A stretch of DNA of 64,000 nucleotides from Eledone cirrhosa. Its lineage: Eukaryota. Made by a program: the position numbers and the translations under genes. The notes beneath the pieces are model-generated. The model ran no database searches, was not told where the DNA came from, and saw only the letters and a list, made by a program, of their open reading frames with translations. The stretch spans positions 179,552,001-179,616,000 of the forward strand of contig OZ024741.1 of the NCBI GenBank assembly GCA_964016885.1. Reading direction: 5' to 3'. Shown here piece by piece: positions 43,669 through 54,311 of this stretch. Position 1 is the first letter of the stretch; every line of letters begins with the position of its first letter.

Positions 43669-44544
43669 CTAGCAGCAGTACCCAGCGTTGCCTGGGTAGG
43701 TAAAATAATATCTGCTTTGATGAAAAAGTGTTGATCTTAGCAACTGCTTCTCGACGACTCATCTATGGCCACACACAGGCCAAGCGGGGGAGCGTGGTGA
43801 TGACCTCTATCACTGAGAAACGCGGGTGACTGACGAAGGGGCATGCTGGGGCTACTATAAGATGTGCAATGATAGGTTCTATCGTAGTATAAAAGTTAAA
43901 CGAAATAAATTGATTTATGTGTGAGGTGGAGCCGAAGTTTCGAATTTGAATGAAATCGGTTGAAAAATGTGGGAGCTAGAGCCGAAAAGGTGGATATTTG
44001 AACGAAAAGGTGGTATTTTTGAATATTTAAGCGGCTGCCACGCCGTTCTTGAAAAAAAAATCCAAAATGTGAAGCCACTTTAAGACGTGAAATAATCAGA
44101 TCTAGCGTAGTGTAAAATTTGAACAAAGTAGGTTGATTAAAGTAGGAGCTAGAGCCAAAAAAGTGGAAATTTGAGTCGAAAAGTGGTATTTTTGAATATT
44201 TAAGCAGCTGCCACTGATCAACAAATGCAAAATATAAAGCCATTCCAGGATGTGCAATGATAAATTCTATTTTGCTTTAAAATTTGAACAAAATCGGTGG
44301 CAAAATGTGGGAGCTAGAGCCAAAAATCTTATTTTTCGATACCTAAAGAAAGCCCCCCCCCCCATCGATTTTTATCTGCAGAATGACCCCGGAATAATAA
44401 AACGATACACTGATATATAGAAAACACTCCTCGATGACTAATCTATGAGCCTGTAAAGTTTCATGCAAATCGGTCGTAAGATGTAGGCTCCTATACGTAA
44501 TACACAGACACACACACACATACTTAATTTTATATATATACAGA
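43669..44544 (-). mobile_element. Non-autonomous Helitron with internal tandem subrepeats
   Basis: Minus strand 5' A|TCTGTATATATATAAAA; 3' CCCAGGC-AAC-GCTGGG hairpin + CTAG|T; three GGAGCTAGAGCC-containing subrepeats. Confidence 0.8.
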
Positions 44545-44550
44545 TATAAT

Positions 44551-44987
44551 TGGTGTGGGATGCTTAAAGCATCCGTAAGCGGTAGGCAGTTTGAGCACTT
44601 GATGCTCTTACAGAGCAGAGTATGATATTACATAAGAAACGGAGAATCAGTGGTGCAACGAATAAAATTTATTGGACATATTACAATCGTTTCTCTGGCA
44701 ACCAGCTCGAGGCACGATCGATGTAATGATCGAACCTGACTCTGAAATCGCAAGTTGATACCGTAAGGAATCATAGCACTCAGATATGTCTCGATTCTAC
44801 GAAGCAGAGTTTCCATTTCGGAACTCTGCTTCGTAGAATCGAGACATATCTGAGGACCTTGCGATTTCAGAGTCAGGTTCGATCATTACATCAATCGTGC
44901 CTCGAGCTGGTCGCCAGAGAAACGATTGTAATATGTCCAATAAATTTTATTCGTTGTAACACTGATTCTCCGTTTCTTATGTGATAT
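44551..44987. mobile_element. Foldback hammerhead element copy 2
   Basis: ~170-bp near-perfect inverted arms 44625-44987 (apex ~44817) plus a 74-bp left extension shared with 60508-60587. Confidence 0.8.
44843..44937 (+). ncRNA. Type I hammerhead ribozyme motif
   Basis: Stem I GACATAT/ATATGTC, CTGAGGA (44850-44856), long stem II with an imperfect base, GAAAC-GATT-GTA (44919-44930). Confidence 0.8.
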
Positions 44988-45069
44988 ATATAAATATATA
45001 TATATATATATCCAGGGAGTCTAACGTGAAGTTACTGTAGGTTCACCCAGGTGTCATTACTACTAAAGA

Positions 45070-45154
45070 GGTCTGATGAGCTTTTGATTCCAGAGTTGGG
45101 CCAGATTGATACAGATCGAACCTTGAGCTGATCAGTAGCGAAACATGCGTCACC
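45070..45154 (+). ncRNA. Type I hammerhead ribozyme motif (same long-stem-II family, no foldback)
   Basis: GGT CTGATGA GCTTTTGAT...ATCAGTAGC GAAAC-ATGC-GTC ACC. Confidence 0.78.
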
Positions 45155-47084
45155 AACCAATATACGTAATGAAGGAGTAACCATTTGTCCTTGTATTATT
45201 ATATATATATGAGAAAAGTCAACAATGAAAAACAACGAGGGAGAACAATACAGTACAATGATGATATATATTAATTTAATGATTGATATAGTAAAAGAGT
45301 CTTAATGTTTCAGATGATAGTCCTTCATTGGAATATAGCATGAGAGAGAGAGAGAGAGAAGAAATAGAAAGATAGACTGAAGTAAGAAAAGAAACAAAAC
45401 AAGAAAAAATATTTTTCAGGAGGAAAACGTGTAGTTAGTCAGACATTTTGGAAAAGTGCAGGTCAGAACGGGACTCATGTATTAAAGAGTTACAAGCGGT
45501 GATATAAACATCGTAGAGATAAATGTATGTGTATGTATGAAAGTTGTGAAATGTGTTTGACCACAGCATGGTTGAAAGGCTGTTGTCTGTGGCTTATGCA
45601 TGAGAGTGTGCATGCACATGCATGAGCTGAACAGCACAGAGAGTGCCCAGGGCTGACCTGTTGGGTGTGTATGTAGGCATACAAGTGTGTGTATGCGTAT
45701 CTGAATATGCACACATGTGAGCTCGGCTAATTTGATATATGTACTAGTGCATACACATATAAGCACACATACAAATAGAGGCGATCCTTAGGTAGTACAG
45801 GAGGACAGCAGTGGCACATGCATGAAAGTCACCAAGTCCCATGTCATGGGTATAGTCCAGTGGGCTGTAAGAAATACCATAAGGAATCATAGCACTATGA
45901 CAGAGCAACCACCAACCACTGAACTCTGAAAGATGAGGTCACTGCTGATGTCAAGAGGGATAAAACCAGGATATGAAAGGGAGCAAGGACAAATGCTGTG
46001 AAATATTTTAATCCAACGTTGGGATAGTTTCAGCAATAGGCCTCATAAGGACACGCACCACATGAAGGTACAATTCATTTTTGTCTCAGCTGACTGGACT
46101 TATTCAACATGAAAAAAAAGTGGCTTTAAGGATAAGTTGTGCTACTGAGAATTGAACTAAAGACTATATGACTGAGCTGAACACCCTAACCACAAAACCA
46201 CACATTTTCATAACTGTGAACTATGTAACACTGACCTATAATTACAGATTGACAGCTCCTCTTGCTCCAGTACAAGCTGTCTCTATACAGCTCTATCTCT
46301 CTCACTCACTTCCTCTCTCTCTCTCTTTCTCTCACCAATATTCAACTCAAATCATTTACAAGGATCAAATCTATGACCTTTATGATCATCAACCCAACAC
46401 CCTAACCACACGACCTTGCACATACTGCCTCTCAAAGACAGAGGACAACAAATAATGGATTGATTCATATCAGCATTTAAGAAAAATTTTTAATTACAAA
46501 TCTAAGCTGCCATAGATTTCACAGAAGAAAAGATGAAATGATATCAAAATAAAATGAAGTGCTCTTACATTAAAAAATGGAGATAAGAAAAAAATATTGT
46601 AATAATACTTGAACTTTTAATTCATACAATGTTAGATAAAATTAAACACTATGGCATTAAAAACACAGATCTAATATTGTTTCAAGTAGTTGGATCTCAG
46701 AAATATAATTTTGACTTCAATTAAGATAAACTAAGTGATGGCTATATGGTGAAGAAGTTCACTTCACAACAATGTGGTTTGGGTTTTGCATGACTAGCAC
46801 CCAGCGCAAGTGTCTTTTACTATAGCCTTGTGGGTGTCCAATGCATTGAGTGAAATTTGATAGATATAAATGTATATATATGTGTGTGTGTGTGTGTGTG
46901 CGTAGATCCCGAGTTAAATTGGAAATAACCACAGTAAATAAGGTACTCAATACATTAGTAGAGTGTGAACATCAATATTTAATAAATGACTTCTACAGGG
47001 CTAGAACTTTTTCATTTATATGATTTCATACGAATGAAACAATTCTAGTCCTGTGGAAGCAATTTCTATATGAAATATTAAGGC

Positions 47085-47250
47085 TCCTGCAATTCTTGCA
47101 TTTAATTCAGCCTTCTGCCTTGCATCACGCATGAACACAACCCCGAGATACTTGAACTTCTCTACCTGCATCAGTGGAACTCCATTCACATGTAGAGTGT
47201 ACTGCGCAGGCTTCCTTGAGAGGACAATCATTTCAGTTTCCACAGCACTA
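47085..47250 (-). mobile_element. RTE LINE internal fragment
   Basis: ETEMIVLSRK...LMQVEKFKYLGVVF...ELNARIAGA. Confidence 0.7.
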
Positions 47251-47878
47251 ATATATGTATATATATATAGAGAGAAAGAGTCATAAACTGTTAGAGAAAC
47301 ATATAGTATTTTGTACGTATGTATATAAGCCATATAATATTTAGGAAAAAGTACATACTTTAAGGTGGAAAAGTTGTTTTCTTTATGGTTACTGTTTCAT
47401 AGTTCGTAAACTGAAGCAAAAATCGATCTAAGCAATCGATTATCAATTACTAACTATCAATTTTGGTAAAGCTACAGAAGACGCAAAACTAATCATCAAA
47501 GGAATTGTCTTTGGATAAATTCCAGTAAAGTACAAAACACTTTTATATCAGAGAATCAGCCAAAACTATAGACCACATGGTGTGAAGAATATTTTAACTG
47601 TGGCAGCAGATACAAATAGGACTGGGCATCGTATCCGCTAGAAAGAGGTGCGAAGTACCATCATATAAATTAAGAATTTGGAGCAGATGTTAAGGTATCA
47701 TAACATATATAATATGTATGATAATTACATTTCTCAGCAGAAAAGCATTAATAATTCAAAATAAAAGATATATGTATATATATATAGAGAGAGAAAGAGC
47801 CATATATTGTTAGAGAAACATACACACACACATATATATATATGTGTGTGTACACACACACATACACACATATATATA

Positions 47879-48467
47879 CTAGCTGATTTACCCAGCTTCG
47901 CCTGGGTAAACAGACAATAAGAGAAGACAGGTAGAAGAGAAAATGACTGTATTGGATGTTTGTCTGGTTTACAGTATGAGGTGAGACTGTGGTGTGTGTG
48001 TGTGAGACAAAAAAAAAAGAAAAAGAAAAACAGTAAAAAACCTTCCAGATACACCAGATTCTTCATCTTCGTTTTAACCATTCATGCATAATATATGAAG
48101 ATTTCTCGGTGTTCCCACTCGAGAATAACTTACATACAACTGTCCATGGGTAAAAAGTGGTTCTCTTGTATTCAATTCTACAGCTTTGAAACTCTGAGCC
48201 TGAGATTTATGTACGGTCATAGTAAAAATGACTCTAACAGGGAACTGAAGTCTTGAGAATTTCAAAGGCAGCTCAGCAGAGGAAGGGCTAAGAGGAATCT
48301 TGGGAATAAATGCATTTTCTCCTTGATGATTGCCTCGAAGAATAGTGACCTTAAGGAGATGGTTCATCTTCTGCCTGACTGTAAAGCATGTGTCATTGCA
48401 TAGACATGGTTGGTCCACGTTTCTCAAAAGGATGATGGAAGTTCCAATCTTTTATATTATATACAGA
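47879..48467 (-). mobile_element. Internally deleted Helitron retaining the helicase C-terminus
   Basis: 5' A|TCTGTATATAATATAAAA; 3' CCCAGGC-GAA-GCTGGG + CTAG|T; contains a PIF1-like fragment. Confidence 0.85.
48074..48445 (-). pseudogene. Helitron RepHel PIF1-like helicase C-terminal fragment
   Basis: RN...LCN, FIPKIPL, RLQFPVR, MTVHKSQAQS, FTHGQLYVSYSRV motifs. Confidence 0.9.
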
Positions 48468-48794
48468 TAGAGATATAGATAATTATATATAAATGTGTGT
48501 GTGTGTATGTGAGTGTGTGCATGCACCAGTTTTCGGATTGGAGACACTGGCTGCGAAACATGATCATCACTGACAACGAACACGCAGAGAGAATCCCTTG
48601 TGGTTGATTTCCAACCTGCTAGAAATAGCAGTCAGGTTGGTTAGCATACTCGGGATGTTTTTCTTCTTCTTTGATATAAAATTAGTATCAATAAACCTTC
48701 CTGGGTATAGCCTTATTCCATTGCTGTATTTACTTTTCGATTGTCACTTTTCATTTTTGTGTGATGCATGAAGGAACCAACCAAACTATTTTTG

Positions 48795-49424
48795 TGAACA
48801 TACTTCCGGTACCTAGGAGATCAGATTAGCATGGGAGGAGGGTGTTCCGAGGCCATAGTATCTAGAATAAACACGGGTTGGAAGAAGATTAGGGAGCTGC
48901 TTCCTCTGTTGACGAAGAAGGGTTTCTCCCTGTGTACGAAAGGCCGGTTGTATGATGCCTGTGTGAGGAGCGCGATGCTGCATGGTAGTGAGACATGGGC
49001 AGCAACCGCAGAGGATATGCGACGGCTGGAGAGAAATGAGGCAAGCATGCTCCGTTGGATGTGCAGTGTAAATGTGCGTGAACGACCCAGCATAAATGTG
49101 TTGAGAGAGAAACTGTGTCTGAGAGGGATAGAATGTAGTGTACGGGAGAGGAGACTGAGGTGGTATGGACATGTGATGCGCATGGAGGATGACCGATGGG
49201 TGAAGAAGTGCCAGGAAATGCCAGTTGAAGGAAGACGTGGTAGAGGTAGACCACGAAAAACATGGGCGGAGGTGGTGAGAACAGACCTCAGATCATTGAA
49301 GCTCACGGTGGAGATGACGAGGGACTGTGACGAGTGGAGAGATGCTGTGCTGAATAAGACCCGTTCCACCCTTGCAAGCAGGGAAAAGCGGACGTAAAAT
49401 GATGATGATGATGATGATGATGAT
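48795..49424 (+). mobile_element. RTE LINE 3' fragment with (GAT)n tail
   Basis: ORF 48831-49397: [27 protein letters not shown]. Confidence 0.92.
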
Positions 49425-49564
49425 ACATAAAGCACTCTACAATTTGTAATGTGAAATAAAGTTTCTTTCTCAAGGACACTACGCACTGCCAAGATTTGAA
49501 CTCACAACCTTACGATTGTGAGTTAAATAGCTTAACTACAAAGCCACACACTTTCACATACATA

Positions 49565-49956
49565 TGTACATTGACCAAGAAACTCACCCAGATGGTGGAT
49601 GGGTGCTACACGAGAATGCTGAGGATGGCTCTGAACATTAATCAGTATACACTGAGGATGAAAAACTCAGAGCTGTATGGGAGCCTCCCAAAAGTCAGCT
49701 CAAAAGTGGCACAGAGGAGACTGGGGTTAGCTGGACATGCTCACCGACACCCAGAGTTGACACTGCACTCAGTGCTTCTGTGGGAGCCCCTGCATGGACA
49801 CACTGGAAGAGGAATACCAAGGTTAACGTATGTTGATGCCCTAAGGACAGACACTAGTCTGTTGGAGATGGCAGCGATAACGAGGGACAGAGACCGCTGG
49901 AGAGAAATCGTCCATGGATCTCGGGAATTTTACCCGCCCTAGATAGATAGATAGAT
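49565..49956 (+). mobile_element. RTE/RTE-X LINE 3' fragment with (TAGA)n tail
   Basis: DGCYTRMLRMALN, RRLGLAGH, LLWEP...GRG.P.LTYVD. Confidence 0.85.
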
Positions 49957-50222
49957 ATATACATATATCATCATCACTGTCTTTACGTCCACTTTTCCAC
50001 GCTTGCAAGCAGGGAAAAGATGACGTAAAAAGAATGATGATGATGATGATGATGATATATATATATAAGTATTAAGTTGTTAAACAATATTCAACGATTA
50101 TGTCAAAGAATGAGTTTTACAGTAGATTGGAAGCACTCAACTGGAAATAATTTTCAGGAGTTATAACTACCTTGATTAAATCTTAACCATTTAATATCTC
50201 AGGGTATGTCATGTATCATTAT

Positions 50223-50275
50223 ATTTTGTCTGATGAGGACGTACTGTTGTACATCCGAAATATGTATAATAAAAT
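50223..50275 (+). ncRNA. Minimal type I hammerhead ribozyme motif
   Basis: ATTTTGT CTGATGA GGAcGTAC-TGTT-GTACaTCC GAAA T-ATGT-ATA ATAAAAT. Confidence 0.75.
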
Positions 50276-50315
50276 GTAATTGATCAAAAGAACATCTATT
50301 TTATTAATACTTATA

Positions 50316-50391
<76 letters not shown>

Positions 50392-51699
50392 TACATACAC
50401 ACCCACAAATATATATGGACTGATATTCATGTTTTGTCAATGTTGTATAATGATCAAGATTGCATGATTAGCCAGTATGCTCTGCACCTATGTAGGACTT
50501 CATTATCCAATGCATCAATTTCATTATTTAAGATGGTAGGGCATGTAATCTCTGAAGTAGATTTGGCTGCTATTTCTAGTAAATTGAATGATTGTATAGA
50601 GGTTCCCTTGGTGGGTGACATCAGTTTTACATAAATGCCCTGAATTAATAGGAGAAAGAGAACAGCCAGCCAAGAGCATGAGATTTGTTGATAACTTTTC
50701 ACCAACAATATATTGTGCACATCATGGCTAAGACACTTAGCTATCTATCTTCCACTTCAAGTCCTATGTGGAATGGACATTTATTGATTTTGAGAATGAG
50801 TGTTCCAACTGTTCAGTCAAATAGAACAGTCTGCTCATGAAATTAACATGTAAGTGTCTCAGCATTCCACAGACACATATACCCTTAATGTAGTTCCCAG
50901 AGAGATTCAGTGTGACAGTATGTGACAAAGGTGGACCCCTGAATTACAGGTAGTTCATCCTTATTAAGTATTAGGGTTATAATATAGATACAGCACCTCC
51001 CCCCTGCTGACTAAACAGTAAATAACAAAACAAACAACTTTATATTACAGAGAGCTTAACAGTACAGTTTCTGCTAACCCAATACCTACTAAAAAAGAAC
51101 TGTAAACTGTAACATTATAATGGGTGAAAGAATAACAGCTGTAGTGAACAAGGTGGAAAAATTACCATGAGTTAAAAACCATCATCATCATCATCGTCAT
51201 GATCTTGATGACCATCTTCATCACCACCACCATTATTATCATGATCACGAACATAATCATAATCAGGTTGAGCTTGCTGAGATCTGCTTGATCCAAAATC
51301 TTTGATGCCACCCTCATAACTGATCCTTCAATGCAATGTGACAGTTAATCTGTGTTATCCAGTATTATTTGTTAACTAATTGACATATAAGCTTTGCAAG
51401 GTCAAAACCAGTGTGATTTCAATCATGGTAAGATGTGAGGTGTCCAATAGGATGACCCTTTTGACTTCTGACTAGTGTTCAAGAAAGTTAACCTTTCTTT
51501 TCTCTAATGATGTTTTTAGTTGGGTGTTCCAGGACACATTCAAAATTAATCTCACATGGTAGACTTCATCTGCTGCTCGGTTTAATACCATCGCTTGGCG
51601 CTTCTTGTGTGTCATGTCTTTAGCAGAATCTACTCTGTTGCAAGCATTCAAACCAGGTGTCTGGCCTGAGAATATCTTCACCCCTCTCTTCTAGCTATT

Positions 51700-51880
51700 T
51701 TGGAGGTTCTGAAAAAAGCATAAACACTACCTCTCCCTCTCAGCAGTCTTGGAGGCTCTGAAAAGGGTAATAAGCACTGGCCCTCCCTCCCAGCAGTCTT
51801 GGAGGCTCTGGAAATGGTCATGAGCACTGTCCCTCTCTTCCACCTGTCTTTGAGATCCTGAAATGGGTTATGGACACTTC
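51700..51880. repeat. ~50-bp minisatellite, about 3.5 diverged copies
   Basis: Repeated TTGGAGGCTCTG...AGCACT...CCCTCCC...CAGCAGTC. Confidence 0.8.
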
Positions 51881-52329
51881 TCTACTTTTCTTGACTAAAC
51901 AGTTAATCATAAATTCAAATTTTTTGATTAGTATTGAGATGGGAGAGCAGTAAAGCAACAAAGATTCAAACCACGCATGGAAGTAGTTCCTTTTAAAGAT
52001 TCTCTGAGATTTTAGATTTCCATTATTATGTTGATGGTGTTTATAGATTTTGTTTATATGTTGATGACATGTTTATATGTATATATGTTGATAATGTGTT
52101 TATATGTTATGTTAATATGCTGATGATGATTATATGTTGATAATATGTTTATATCTTGATATGCTTATATGTATATGTCATCATTATGTCAAATAAACAA
52201 AATAAAAAAATGAGCTACATAGTTGGTTGTAAATATATGGCAGGAGAGAAGGAGAGAGATGTCATCATTATGTCAAATAAAACAACAAAAAGAGATAAAT
52301 AGTTGAATATAAATATATGGCAGGAGAGG

Positions 52330-52369
<40 letters not shown>

Positions 52370-53849
52370 GTCTAAGGAAAATGTGAAATGATATAGTTAT
52401 TATATGACCTGAGGAAAATGGGACCTTTAGAAACGATGGTGTTGGTAGTGGTATTGATGTTGTTGGTGATGATAGTAGTAGTGATAACGGTAATGGTGGT
52501 GGGTGATCGTGGTGGTGGTGATGAGCAGAATTGGTGAAGATAATGAACAACTGAAAGCTTTTCAAAATGAATTCTATCTAAATGGAGTAATTACCCATTT
52601 TCTCAGAAGCTGTTCAAAAGGCAGGAATACAAGAAGAATAAAGATTCAGATAAAATCAGAGAGAGTAATAAATCTATTTACCTTTAACTAACTATAATAC
52701 ATGAATGGAAGTAGGTTTGTTAGAATCAAAACAATACAAACAATCAAAGAATGTGATTGTTATTCAGCCCCAGGTCAGTCTTGATCAAGCAGATCTTTGA
52801 TGAAATGACACTCCACCCATGACTATACCTTCTCACTCTCTCACTTTTAGCATCCTCTTTCTCTTACTCTCAGCATGCTCTCTCTCTCTCTCTTCAAAGT
52901 GTAGCATTTCTCACAGGAGCACAATACCATTATCATACTACCATTTGAGTGTGTAAGCAATAGAGTAAATATGGTACGGTGGGCAGAATTAACCCATGGC
53001 AAGGCCCCTAGGATTTCAGGCATTTTGAGACCTCACTGGCACATGAATACTTCAAATCACTGTAAGTGCCGCAGCTAAAAAGAAAAAGATTGGCCCCTAG
53101 TCCTTGACAACACGACCCACTCACCCAGTTACTGTGAACCCCATAGTTCCTGAATAACTCCTTAGTTTCTGTGGAACTACCTAGCTCCTGTGGAGCTGCA
53201 GCATCTCCTAGTCCATGCAGAGCTCCTTGTCTGTGGGGCTCTTAGGCTTCAGCCTAGTCAGATTAATGAATAATATGGCTTTGGTGTTAGGTTGTCATTA
53301 GTTTCCCCATTCATATAAGATGTGAAATTTGAACTCAGAACAGAACACAAAGAGCTGGAACAGACAGCAAAGTATCTTGCCTAATGTTCTAACAATTTTG
53401 CTAACTCACCGCCCACTCCCAAATTGGTATTTTATTTATTGACTCCAAAAGAATGGAAAGCAAATTTAACTTTGGCTGGATTTGGGCTCAGAATATAGAG
53501 AGCCACCACAAATACCAAAGACCCTGAAAGATGAAAGGCAAAATTGACCTCAGTGGGATTTGAACTCAGAACACACAACCCAAGAACAAGTACTGCAAAG
53601 CATTTCATCTGATGTTCTAACCCTTTAATTTGTTACCATAGAGATATATAAGACTACATTATCTAATATATCTTTCCTAGAACAAATTCTTGCTATGAAA
53701 AAATCAGGAAATTAATTTTCTTTTTAGAATAGCAGAATATTTTCCATCTACCATATATGGAAAATAATATTAATAAAAATAATATGATTAAACATAAAGA
53801 TTCTGAAGGTAATAATAATAGTGATGGTAATAACAATAGTGATAATAAT

Positions 53850-54172
53850 AGGAGTGCCTGATTGCAGATGTAGCATGCCCCTTTGACACAAGAGTGCAAG
53901 AAAAGGAGAAGGAGAAAATTAACCAATATCAGGATTTAAAGTGGGAGTTAAAAAGGATTTGGGACTGTCATGAGATCAAGGTCGTCACTAGGTACTATCT
54001 CAGAGTTTTCAAGGATGGTTAAAGAACATTAGTCCAGCTCCCTTTTTTGGAACACTTCAAAAGGTATGTTTGCTGGGAACAGCAAGAACCCTCCGTTACG
54101 TCCTGAATATCTGAGGCTGCAGGTAGCGGCTTGATGTTTCCAGTTAAATAACATCAATGACTGAGACTCCAA
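53850..54172 (+). mobile_element. R4/Dong-like (restriction-like endonuclease) non-LTR 3' fragment in an (AAT)n tract
   Basis: CLIADVACPFDTRVQEKEKEKINQYQDLKWELKRIW and LLGTARTLRYVL; AAT repeats on both sides. Confidence 0.8.
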
Positions 54173-54311
54173 GAATAATAATAATAGTAATAATAAGTAC
54201 AGGTATGGATGCATGTGTTAGCAAAAATATAGAGTACAGAATATATACACATATACACAAATGTACGTAAATATGTACATTATACATACATATATATACA
54301 TACATACATAT

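Noticed and set aside
43824-43860. CTGACGA box (also CTGATGA at ~39947)
   Set aside because: No matching stem-GAAA-NUH downstream.
47380-47470. Minus-strand ATAGTT...AACTAT GAAAC AGTA resembling a hammerhead half
   Set aside because: CUGANGA box absent; at most a decayed remnant.
51180-51680. Possible minus-strand RTE-X remnant (RLILNVSW)
   Set aside because: Too degraded to delimit or support beyond one short motif.
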